Positions 29,401 through 42,980 of a stretch of 64,000 nt of DNA are shown here, piece by piece. Below the pieces are notes generated by a model. The model was not told the origin of the DNA and searched no databases. It worked only from the letters and a program-made list of their open reading frames with translations. Position 1 is the first letter of the stretch; every line of letters begins with the position of its first letter. This DNA comes from Eledone cirrhosa (Eukaryota): assembly GCA_964016885.1 (NCBI GenBank), contig OZ024752.1, positions 27,404,001 to 27,468,000 of the forward strand, read 5' to 3'. The position numbers were made by a program, and so were the translations under genes.

Positions 29401-32400
29401 TCGACTATCAACACACAAACTGTTGAACTAGTACCAACTTCGTCTATCAACACACAAACTATGGAACTAGTACCAACTTCTTTATCAACACACAAACTGT
29501 AGAACTAGTACCAACTTCGGCTATCAACACACAAACTGTGGAACTAGTACCAACTTCTTCTATCAACACACAAACTGTGCAACTAGTACCAACTTCGGCT
29601 ATCAACACACAAACTGTGGAACTAGTACCAACTACAGCTATCAACACACAATCTCTGGAACTAGTACCAGCTTCGTCTATCAACACACAAACTGTGGAAC
29701 TAGTACAAACTTCGTGTATCAACACACAAACTGTGGAACTAGTACCAACTTCGGCTATCAACACACAAAATGTGGAACTAGTACCAACTTCGGCTATCAA
29801 CACACAAACTGTGGAACTAGTACAGACTTCGTCTATCAACACACAAACTGTGGAACTAGTACCGACTTCGGCTATCAACACACAAACTGTGGAACTAGTA
29901 CCGACTTCGACTATCAACACACAAACTGTGGAACTAGTACCAACTTCTTCTATCAACACACACACTGTGGAACTAGTACCAACTTCGACTATCAACACAC
30001 AAACTGAGGAACTAGTACCAACTTCGGCTATCAACACACAATCTCTGGAACTAGTACCAGCTTCGTCTATCAACACACAAACCGTGGAACTAGTACACAC
30101 TTCGTGTATCAACACACAAACTGTGGAACTGGTACCAACTTCGGCTATCAACACACAAACTGTGGAACTAGTACCAACTACGGCTATCAACACACAAACT
30201 GTGGAACTAGTACCAACTTCGGCTATCAACACACGAACTGTGGACCTAGTGCCAACTTCGTCTATCAACACACAAACTGTGGAACTAGTACCAACTTCTT
30301 CTATCAACACACAAACTGTGGAACTAGTACCTACTTCGACTATCAACACACAAACTGTGGAACTAGTACCAACTTCGACTATCAACACACAAACTGTTGA
30401 ACTAGTACCAACTTCGTCTATCAACACACAAACTGTGGAACTAGTACCAACTTCTTTATCAACACACAAACTGTGCAACTAGTACCAACTTCGGCTATCA
30501 ACACACAAACTGTGGAACTAGTACCAACTACAGCTATCAACACAATCTCTGGAACTAGTACCAGCTTCGTCTATCAACACACAAACTGTGGAACTAGTAC
30601 AAACTTCGTGTATCAACACACAAACTGTGGAACTAGTACCAACTTCGTCTATCAACACACAAACTGTGAAACTAGTACCAACTTCGTCTATCAACACACA
30701 AACTGTGGAACTAGTACCAACTTCTTCTATCAACACACAAATTGTGGAACTAGTACCAACTTCGTGTATCAACACAGAAACTGTGGAACTAGTACCAACT
30801 TCGTCTATCAACACACGAACTGTGGAACTAGTACCAACTTCGGCTATCAACACAGAAACTGTGGAACTAGTACAGACTTCGTCTATCAACACACAAACTG
30901 TGGAACTAGTACCGACTTCGGCTATCAACACACAAACTGTGGAACTAGTACCAACTTCGACTATCAACACACAAACTGTGGAACTAGTACCAACTTCTTC
31001 TATCAACACACAAACTGTGGAACTAGTACCAACTTCGACTATCAACACACAAACTGTGGAACTAGTACCAACTTCGACTATCAACACACAAACTGTGGAA
31101 CTAGTACCAACTTCTTCTATCAACACACAAACTGTGCAACTAGTACCAACTTCGGCTATCAACACACAAACTGTGGACCTAGTACCAACTTCGTCTATCA
31201 ACACACAAACTGTGGAACTAGTACCAGCTTCGACTATCAACAGACAAACTGTGGAACTAGTACCAAAGTCGTCTATCAACACACAAACTGTGGAACTAGT
31301 ACCAACTTCTTTATCAACACACAAACTGTGCAACTAGTACCAACTTCGGTTATCAACACACAAACTGAGGAACTAGTACCAACTACAGCTATCAACACAC
31401 AATCTCTGGAACTAGTACCAGCTTCGTCTATCAACACACAAACCGTGGAACTAGTACACACTTCGTGTATCAACACACAAACTGTGGAACTAGTACCAAC
31501 TTCGGCTATCAATACACAAACTGTGGAACTAGTACCAACTTCGGCTATCAACACACAAACTGTGGAACTAGTACCAACTTCGGCTATCAACACACGAACT
31601 GTGGACCTAGTGCCAACTTCGTCTATCAACACACAAACTGTGGAACTAGTACCAACTTCGTCTATCAACACACAAACTGTGGAACTAGTACAAACTTCGG
31701 CTGTCAACACACAAATTGTAGAACTAGTACCAACTTCGTGTATCAACACAGAAACTGTGGAACTAGTACCAACTTCGTCTATCAACACACAAACTGTGGA
31801 ACTAGTACCAACTTCGTCTATCAACACACAAACTGTGGAACTAGTACCAACTTCTTCTATCAACACACAAATTGTGGAACTAGTACCAACTTCGTGTATC
31901 AACACAGAAACTGTGGAACTAGTACCGACTTCGGCTATCAACACACAAACTGTGGAACTAGTACCGACTTCAACTATCAACACACAAACTGTGGAACTAG
32001 TACCAACTTCTTCTATCAACACACACACTGTGGAACTAGTACCAACTTCGACTATCAACACACAAACTGAGGAACTAGTACCAACTTCGGCTATCAACAC
32101 ACAATCTCTGGAACTAGTACCAGCTTCGTCTATCAACACACAAACCGTGGAACTAGTACACACTTCGTGTATCAACACACAAACTGTGAAACTAGTACCA
32201 ACTTCGGCTATCAACACACAAACTGTGGAACTAGTACCAACTACGGCTATCAACACACAAACTGTGGAACTAGTACCAACTTCGGCTATCAACACACGAA
32301 CTGTGGACCTAGTGCCAACTTCGTCTATCAACACACAAACTGTGGAACTAGTACCAAATTCGGCTATCAACACACAAACTGTGGAACTAGTACAAACTTC

Positions 32401-33064
32401 GGCTGTCAACAGACAAATTGTAGAACTAGTACCAGCTTCGTGTATCAACACAGAAATTGTGGAACTAGTACCTACTTCGTCTATCAACACTCAAAGTGTG
32501 GAACTAGTACCAACTTCGTCTATCAACACACAAACTGTGGAACTAGTACCAACTTCTTCTATCAACACACAAATTGTGGAACTAGTACCAACTTCGTGTA
32601 TCAACACAGAAACTGTGGAACTAGTACCAACTTCGTCTATCAACACACAAACTGTGGAACTAGTACCAACTTCGGCTATCAACACACAATCTGTGGAACT
32701 AGTACAGACTTCGTCTATCAACACACAGACTGTGTAACTAGTACCGACTTCGGCTATCAACACACAATCTGTGGAACTAGTACCAACTTCGACTATCAAC
32801 ACACAAACTGTGGAACTAGTACCAACTTCTTCTATCAACACACAAACTGTGGAACTATTACCAACTTCGACTATCAACACACAAACTGTGGAACTAGTAC
32901 CAACTTCGACTATCAACACACAAACTGTGGAACTAGTACCAACTTCTTCTATCAACACACAAACTGTGCAACTAGTACCAACTTCGGCTATCAACACACA
33001 AACTGTGGAACTAGTACCAACTTCGTCTATCAACACACAAACTGTGCAACTAGTACCAACTTCT

Positions 33065-36000
33065 TCTATCAACACACAAACTGTGCAACTAGTATCAACT
33101 TCGGCTATCAACACACAAACTGTGGAACTAGTACCAACTTCTTCTATCAACGCACAAACTGTGCAACTAGTACCAACTTCGGCTATCAACACACAAACTG
33201 TGGACCTAGTACCAACTTCGTCTATCAACACACAAACTGTGGAACTAGTACCAGCTTCGGTTTATCAGCAGACAAATTGTAGAACTAGTACCAACTTCGT
33301 CTATCAACACACAAACTGTGGAACTAGTACCAACTACGGCTATCAACACACAATCTGTGGAACTAGTATCAACTTCGGCTATCAACACACAATCTGTGGA
33401 ACTAGTAGCAACTTCGGCTATCAACACACAAACTGTGGAAATAGTACAAACTTCGTCTATCAACACACAAACTGTGGAACTAGTACCAAATTCGTCTATC
33501 AACACACAAACTGTGGAACTAGTACAAACTTCGGCTGTCAACACACAAATTGTAGAACTAGTACCAACTTCGTGTATCAACACAGAAACTGTGGAACTAG
33601 TACCAACTTCGTCTATCAACACACAAACTGTGGAACTAGTACCAACTTCGTCTATCAACACACAAACTGTGGAACTAGTACCAACTTCTTCTATCAACAC
33701 ACAAATTGTGGAACTAGTACCAACTTCGTGTATCAACACAGAAACTGTGGAACTAGTACCAACTTCGTCTATCAACACACGAACTGTGGAACTAGTACCA
33801 ACTTCGGCTATCAACACAGAAACTGTGGAACTAGTACAGACTTCGTCTATCAACACACAAACTGTGGAACTAGTACCGACTTCGGCTATCAACACACAAA
33901 CTGTGGAACTAGTACCAACTTCGACTATCAACACACAAACTGTGGAACTAGTACCAACTTCTTCTATCAACACACAAACTGTGGAACTAGTACCAACTTC
34001 GACTATCAACACACAAACTGTGGAACTAGTACCAACTTCGACTATCAACACACAAACTGTGGAACTAGTACCAACTTCTTCTATCAACACACAAACTGTG
34101 CAACTAGTACCAACTTCGGCTATCAACACACAAACTGTGGACCTAGTACCAACTTCGTCTATCAACACACAAACTGTGGAACTAGTACCAGCTTCGACTA
34201 TCAACAGACAAACTGTGGAACTAGTACCAAAGTCGTCTATCAACACACAAACTGTGGAACTAGTACCAACTTCTTTATCAACACACAAACTGTGCAACTA
34301 GTACCAACTTCGGTTATCAACACACAAACTGAGGAACTAGTACCAACTACAGCTATCAACACACAATCTCTGGAACTAGTACCAGCTTCGTCTATCAACA
34401 CACAAACCGTGGAACTAGTACACACTTCGTGTATCAACACACAAACTGTGGAACTAGTACCAACTTCGGCTATCAATACACAAACTGTGGAACTAGTACC
34501 AACTTCGGCTATCAACACACAAACTGTGGAACTAGTACCAACTTCGGCTATCAACACACGAACTGTGGACCTAGTGCCAACTTCGTCTATCAACACACAA
34601 ACTGTGGAACTAGTACCAACTTCGTCTATCAACACACAAACTGTGGAACTAGTACAAACTTCGGCTGTCAACACACAAATTGTAGAACTAGTACCAACTT
34701 CGTGTATCAACACAGAAACTGTGGAACTAGTACCAACTTCGTCTATCAACACACAAACTGTGGAACTAGTACCAACTTCGTCTATCAACACACAAACTGT
34801 GCAACTAGTATCAACTTCGGCTATCAACACACAAACTGTGGAACTAGTACCAACTTCTTCTATCAACGCACAAACTGTGCAACTAGTACCAACTTCGGCT
34901 ATCAACACACAAACTGTGGACCTAGTACCAACTTCGTCTATCAACACACAAACTGTGGAACTAGTACCAGCTTCGGTTTATCAGCAGACAAATTGTAGAA
35001 CTAGTACCAACTTCGTCTATCAACACACAAACTGTGGAACTAGTACCAACTACGGCTATCAACACACAATCTGTGGAACTAGTATCAACTTCGGCTATCA
35101 ACACACAATCTGTGGAACTAGTAGCAACTTCGGCTATCAACACACAAACTGTGGAAATAGTACAAACTTCGTCTATCAACACACAAACTGTGGAACTAGT
35201 ACCAAATTCGTCTATCAACACACAAACTGTGGAACTAGTACAAACTTCGGCTGTCAACACACAAATTGTAGAACTAGTACCAACTTCGTGTATCAACACA
35301 GAAACTGTGGAACTAGTACCAACTTCGTCTATCAACACACAAACTGTGGAACTAGTACCAACTTCGTCTATCAACACACAAACTGTGGAACTAGTACCAA
35401 CTTCTTCTATCAACACACAAATTGTGGAACTAGTACCAACTTCGTGTATCAACACAGAAACTGTGGAACTAGTACCAACTTCGTCTATCAACACACGAAC
35501 TGTGGAACTAGTACCAACTTCGGCTATCAACACAGAAACTGTGGAACTAGTACAGACTTCGTCTATCAACACACAAACTGTGGAACTAGTACCGACTTCG
35601 GCTATCAACACACAAACTGTGGAACTAGTACCAACTTCGACTATCAACACACAAACTGTGGAACTAGTACCAACTTCTTCTATCAACACACAAACTGTGG
35701 AACTAGTACCAACTTCGACTATCAACACACAAACTGTGGAACTAGTACCAACTTCGACTATCAACACACAAACTGTGGAACTAGTACCAACTTCTTCTAT
35801 CAACACACAAACTGTGCAACTAGTACCAACTTCGGCTATCAACACACAAACTGTGGACCTAGTACCAACTTCGTCTATCAACACACAAACTGTGGAACTA
35901 GTACCAGCTTCGACTATCAACAGACAAACTGTGGAACTAGTACCAAAGTCGTCTATCAACACACAAACTGTGGAACTAGTACCAACTTCTTTATCAACAC

Positions 36001-36517
36001 ACAAACTGTGCAACTAGTACCAACTTCGGTTATCAACACACAAACTGAGGAACTAGTACCAACTACAGCTATCAACACACAATCTCTGGAACTAGTACCA
36101 GCTTCGTCTATCAACACACAAACCGTGGAACTAGTACACACTTCGTGTATCAACACACAAACTGTGGAACTAGTACCAACTTCGGCTATCAATACACAAA
36201 CTGTGGAACTAGTACCAACTTCGGCTATCAACACACAAACTGTGGAACTAGTACCAACTTCGGCTATCAACACACGAACTGTGGACCTAGTGCCAACTTC
36301 GTCTATCAACACACAAACTGTGGAACTAGTACCAACTTCGTCTATCAACACACAAACTGTGGAACTAGTACAAACTTCGGCTGTCAACACACAAATTGTA
36401 GAACTAGTACCAACTTCGTGTATCAACACAGAAACTGTGGAACTAGTACCAACTTCGTCTATCAACACACAAACTGTGGAACTAGTACCAACTTCGTCTA
36501 TCAACACACAAACTGTG
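33065..36517. repeat. Higher-order duplication, period 1716 bp (44 monomers)
   Basis: Identical ORFs at 33245/34961 and 33318/35034. 44x39=1716 exactly, because each unit has one +1 monomer and one -1 monomer. Confidence 0.93.
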
Positions 36518-39500
36518 GAACTAGTACCAACTTCTTCTATCAACACACAAATTGTGGAACTAGTACCAACTTCGTGTATCAACACAGAAACTGTGGAACT
36601 AGTACCGACTTCGGCTATCAACACACAAACTGTGGAACTAGTACCGACTTCAACTATCAACACACAAACTGTGGAACTAGTACCAACTTCTTCTATCAAC
36701 ACACACACTGTGGAACTAGTACCAACTTCGACTATCAACACACAAACTGAGGAACTAGTACCAACTTCGGCTATCAACACACAATCTCTGGAACTAGTAC
36801 CAGCTTCGTCTATCAACACACAAACCGTGGAACTAGTACACACTTCGTGTATCAACACACAAACTGTGAAACTAGTACCAACTTCGGCTATCAACACACA
36901 AACTGTGGAACTAGTACCAACTACGGCTATCAACACACAAACTGTGGAACTAGTACCAACTTCGGCTATCAACACACGAACTGTGGACCTAGTGCCAACT
37001 TCGTCTATCAACACACAAACTGTGGAACTAGTACCAAATTCGGCTATCAACACACAAACTGTGGAACTAGTACAAACTTCGGCTGTCAACAGACAAATTG
37101 TAGAACTAGTACCAGCTTCGTGTATCAACACAGAAATTGTGGAACTAGTACCTACTTCGTCTATCAACACTCAAAGTGTGGAACTAGTACCAACTTCGTC
37201 TATCAACACACAAACTGTGGAACTAGTACCAACTTCTTCTATCAACACACAAATTGTGGAACTAGTACCAACTTCGTGTATCAACACAGAAACTGTGGAA
37301 CTAGTACCAACTTCGTCTATCAACACACAAACTGTGGAACTAGTACCAACTTCGTCTATCAACACACAAACTGTGGAACTAGTACCAACTTCGGCTATCA
37401 ACACACAATCTGTGGAACTAGTACAGACTTCGTCTATCAACACACAGACTGTGTAACTAGTACCGACTTCGGCTATCAACACACAATCTGTGGAACTAGT
37501 ACCAACTTCGACTATCAACACACAAACTGTGGAACTAGTACCAACTTCTTCTATCAACACACAAACTGTGGAACTATTACCAACTTCGACTATCAACACA
37601 CAAACTGTGGAACTAGTACCAACTTCGACTATCAACACACAAACTGTGGAACTAGTACCAACTTCTTCTATCAACACACAAACTGTGCAACTAGTACCAA
37701 CTTCGGCTATCAACACACAAACTGTGGAACTAGTACCAACTTCGTCTATCAACACACAAACTGTGCAACTAGTACCAACTTCTTCTATCAACACACAAAC
37801 TGTGCAACTAGTATCAACTTCGGCTATCAACACACAAACTGTGGAACTAGTACCAACTTCTTCTATCAACGCACAAACTGTGCAACTAGTACCAACTTCG
37901 GCTATCAACACACAAACTGTGGACCTAGTACCAACTTCGTCTATCAACACACAAACTGTGGAACTAGTACCAGCTTCGGTTTATCAGCAGACAAATTGTA
38001 GAACTAGTACCAACTTCGTCTATCAACACACAAACTGTGGAACTAGTACCAACTACGGCTATCAACACACAATCTGTGGAACTAGTATCAACTTCGGCTA
38101 TCAACACACAATCTGTGGAACTAGTAGCAACTTCGGCTATCAACACACAAACTGTGGAAATAGAAAAAACTTCGTCTATCAACACACAAACTGTGGAACT
38201 AGTACCAAATTCGTCTATCAACACACAAACTGTGGAACTAGTACAAACTTCGGCTGTCAACACACAAATTGTAGAACTAGTACCAACTTCGTGTATCAAC
38301 ACAGAAACTGTGGAACTAGTACCAACTTCGTCTATCAACACACAAACTGTGGAACTAGTACCAACTTCGTCTATCAACACACAAACTGTGGAACTAGTAC
38401 CAACTTCTTCTATCAACACACAAATTGTGGAACTAGTACCAACTTCGTGTATCAACACAGAAACTGTGGAACTAGTACCGACTTCGGCTATCAACACACA
38501 AACTGTGGAACTAGTACCGACTTCAACTATCAACACACAAACTGTGGAACTAGTACCAACTTCTTCTATCAACACACACACTGTGGAACTAGTACCAACT
38601 TCGACTATCAACACACAAACTGAGGAACTAGTACCAACTTCGGCTATCAACACACAATCTCTGGAACTAGTACCAGCTTCGTCTATCAACACACAAACCG
38701 TGGAACTAGTACACACTTCGTGTATCAACACACGAACTGTGAAACTAGTACCAACTTCGGCTATCAACACACAAACTGTGGAACTAGTACCAACTACGGC
38801 TATCAACACACAAACTGTGGAACTAGTACCAACTTCGGCTATCAACACACGAACTGTGGACCTAGTGCCAACTTCGTCTATCAACACACAAACTGTGGAA
38901 CTAGTACGAAATTCGGCTATCAACACACAAACTGTGGAACTAGTACAAACTTCGGCTGTCAACACACAAATTGTAGAACTAGTACCAGCTTCGTGTATCA
39001 ACACAGAAATTGTGGAACTAGTACCTACTTCGTCTATCAACACTCAAAGTGTGGAACTAGTACCAACTTCGTCTATCAACACACAAACTGTGGAACTAGT
39101 ACCAACTTCTTCTATCAACACACAAATTGTGGAACTAGTACCAACTTCGTGTATCAACACAGAAACTGTGGAACTAGTACCAACTTCGTCTATCAACACA
39201 CAAACTGTGGAACTAGTACCAACTTCGTCTATCAACACACAAACTGTGGAACTAGTACCAACTTCGGCTATCAACACACAATCTGTGGAACTAGTACAGA
39301 CTTCGTCTATCAACACACAGACTGTGTAACTAGTACCGACTTCGGCTATCAACACACAAACTGTGGAACTAGTACCAACTTCGACTATCAACACACAAAC
39401 TGTGGAACTAGTACCAACTTCTTCTATCAACACACAAACTGTGCAACTAGTACCAACTTCGGCTATCAACACACAAACTGTGGACCTAGTACCAACTTCG

Positions 39501-42500
39501 TCTATCAACACACAAACTGTGGAACTAGTACCAGCTTCGACTATCAACAGACAAACTGTGGAACTAGTACCAAAGTCGTCTATCAACACACAAACTGTGG
39601 AACTAGTACCAACTTCTTTATCAACACACAAACTGTGCAACTAGTACCAACTTCGGTTATCAACACACAAACTGAGGAACTAGTACCAACTACAGCTATC
39701 AACACACAATCTCTGGAACTAGTACCAGCTTCGTCTATCAACACACAAACCGTGGAACTAGTACACACTTCGTGTATCAACACACAAACTGTGGAACTAG
39801 TACCAACTTCGGCTATCAATACACAAACTGTGGAACTAGTACCAACTTCGGCTATCAACACACAAACTGTGGAACTAGTACCAACTTCGGCTATCAACAC
39901 ACGAACTGTGGACCTAGTGCCAACTTCGTCTATCAACACACAAACTGTGGAACTAGTACCAACTTCGTCTATCAACACACAAACTGTGGAACTAGTACAA
40001 ACTTCGGCTGTCAACACACAAATTGTAGAACTAGTACCAACTTCGTGTATCAACACAGAAACTGTGGAACTAGTACCAACTTCGTCTATCAACACACAAA
40101 CTGTGGAACTAGTACCAACTTCGTCTATCAACACACAAACTGTGGAACTAGTACCAACTTCTTCTATCAACACACAAATTGTGGAACTAGTACCAACTTC
40201 GTGTATCAACACAGAAACTGTGGAACTAGTACCGACTTCGGCTATCAACACACAAACTGTGGAACTAGTACCGACTTCTACTATCAACACACAAACTGTG
40301 GAACTAGTACCAACTTCTTCTATCAACACACACACTGTGGAACTAGTACCAACTTCGACTATCAACACACAAACTGAGGAACTAGTACCAACTTCGGCTA
40401 TCAACACACAATCTCTGGAACTAGTACCAGCTTCGTCTATCAACACACAAACCGTGGAACTAGTACACACTTCGTGTATCAACACACAAACTGTGAAACT
40501 AGTACCAACTTCGGCTATCAACACACAAACTGTGGAACTAGTACCAACTACGGCTATCAACACACAAACTGTGGAACTAGTACCAACTTCGGCTATCAAC
40601 ACACGAACTGTGGACCTAGTGCCAACTTCGTCTATCAACACACAAACTGTGGAACTAGTACCAAATTCGGCTATCAACACACAAACTGTGGAACTAGTAC
40701 AAACTTCGGCTGTCAACAGATAAATTGTAGAACTAGTACCAGCTTCGTGTATCAACACAGAAATTGTGGAACTAGTACCTACTTCGTCTATCAACACTCA
40801 AAGTGTGGAACTAGTACCAACTTCGTCTATCAACACACAAACTGTGGAACTAGTACCAACTTCTTCTATCAACACACAAATTGTGGAACTAGTACCAACT
40901 TCGTGTATCAACACAGAAACTGTGGAACTAGTACCAACTTCGTCTATCAACACACAAACTGTGGAACTAGTACCAACTTCGTCTATCAACACACAAACTG
41001 TGGAACTAGTACCAACTTCGGCTATCAACACACAATCTGTGGAACTAGTACAGACTTCGTCTATCAACACACAGACTGTGTAACTAGTACCGACTTCGGC
41101 TATCAACACACAATCTGTGGAACTAGTACCAACTTCGACTATCAACACACAAACTGTGGAACTAGTACCAACTTCTTCTATCAACACACAAACTGTGGAA
41201 CTATTACCAACTTCGACTATCAACACACAAACTGTGGAACTAGTACCAACTTCGACTATCAACACACAAACTGTGGAACTAGTACCAACTTCTTCTATCA
41301 ACACACAAACTGTGCAACTAGTACCAACTTCGGCTATCAACACACAAACTGTGGAACTAGTACCAACTTCGTCTATCAACACACAAACTGTGCAACTAGT
41401 ACCAACTTCTTCTATCAACACACAAACTGTGCAACTAGTATCAACTTCGGCTATCAACACACAAACTGTGGAACTAGTACCAACTTCTTCTATCAACGCA
41501 CAAACTGTGCAACTAGTACCAACTTCGGCTATCAACACACAAACTGTGGACCTAGTACCAACTTCGTCTATCAACACACAAACTGTGGAACTAGTACCAG
41601 CTTCGGTTTATCAGCAGACAAATTGTAGAACTAGTACCAACTTCGTCTATCAACACACAAACTGTGGAACTAGTACCAACTACGGCTATCAACACACAAT
41701 CTGTGGAACTAGTATCAACTTCGGCTATCAACACACAATCTGTGGAACTAGTAGCAACTTCGGCTATCAACACACAAACTGTGGAAATAGTACAAACTTC
41801 GTCTATCAACACACAAACTGTGGAACTAGTACCAAATTCGTCTATCAACACACAAACTGTGGAACTAGTACAAACTTCGGCTGTCAACACACAAATTGTA
41901 GAACTAGTACCAACTTCGTGTATCAACACAGAAACTGTGGAACTAGTACCAACTTCGTCTATCAACACACAAACTGTGGAACTAGTACCAACTTCGTCTA
42001 TCAACACACAAACTGTGGAACTAGTACCAACTTCTTCTATCAACACACAAATTGTGGAACTAGTACCAACTTCGTGTATCAACACAGAAACTGTGGAACT
42101 AGTACCGACTTCGGCTATCAACACACAAACTGTGGAACTAGTACCGACTTCAACTATCAACACACAAACTGTGGAACTAGTACCAACTTCTTCTATCAAC
42201 ACACACACTGTGAAACTAGTACCAACTTCGACTATCAACACACAAACTGAGGAACTAGTACCAACTTCGGCTATCAACACACAATCTCTGGAACTAGTAC
42301 CAGCTTCGTCTATCAACACACAAACCGTGGAACTAGTACACACTTCGTGTATCAACACACAAACTGTGAAACTAGTACCAACTTCGGCTATCAACACACA
42401 AACTGTGGAACTAGTACCAACTACGGCTATCAACACACAAACTGTGGAACTAGTACCAACTTCGGCTATCAACACACGAACTGTGGACCTAGTGCCAACT

Positions 42501-42980
42501 TCGTCTATCAACACACAAACTGTGGAACTAGTACCAAATTCGGCTATCAACACACAAACTGTGGAACTAGTACAAACTTCGGCTGTCAACACACAAATTG
42601 TAGAACTAGTACCAGCTTCGTGTATCAACACAGAAATTGTGGAACTAGTACCTACTTCGTCTATCAACACTCAAAGTGTGGAACTAGTACCAACTTCGTC
42701 TATCAACACACAAACTGTGGAACTAGTACCAACTTCTTCTATCAACACACAAATTGTGGAACTAGTACCAACTTCGTGTATCAACACAGAAACTGTGGAA
42801 CTAGTACCAACTTCGTCTATCAACACACAAACTGTGGAACTAGTACCAACTTCGTCTATCAACACACAAACTGTGGAACTAGTACCAACTTCGGCTATCA
42901 ACACACAATCTGTGGAACTAGTACAGACTTCGTCTATCAACACACAGACTGTGTAACTAGTACCGACTTGGGCTATCAAC
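35720..42980. repeat. Higher-order duplication, period 3627 bp (93 monomers), with an internal 1873-bp (48-monomer) sub-period
   Basis: ORF offsets of 3627 (35956/39583, 36847/40474, 37964/41591, 38037/41664) and 1873 (36847/38720, 40474/42347). Ends are approximate. Confidence 0.88.
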
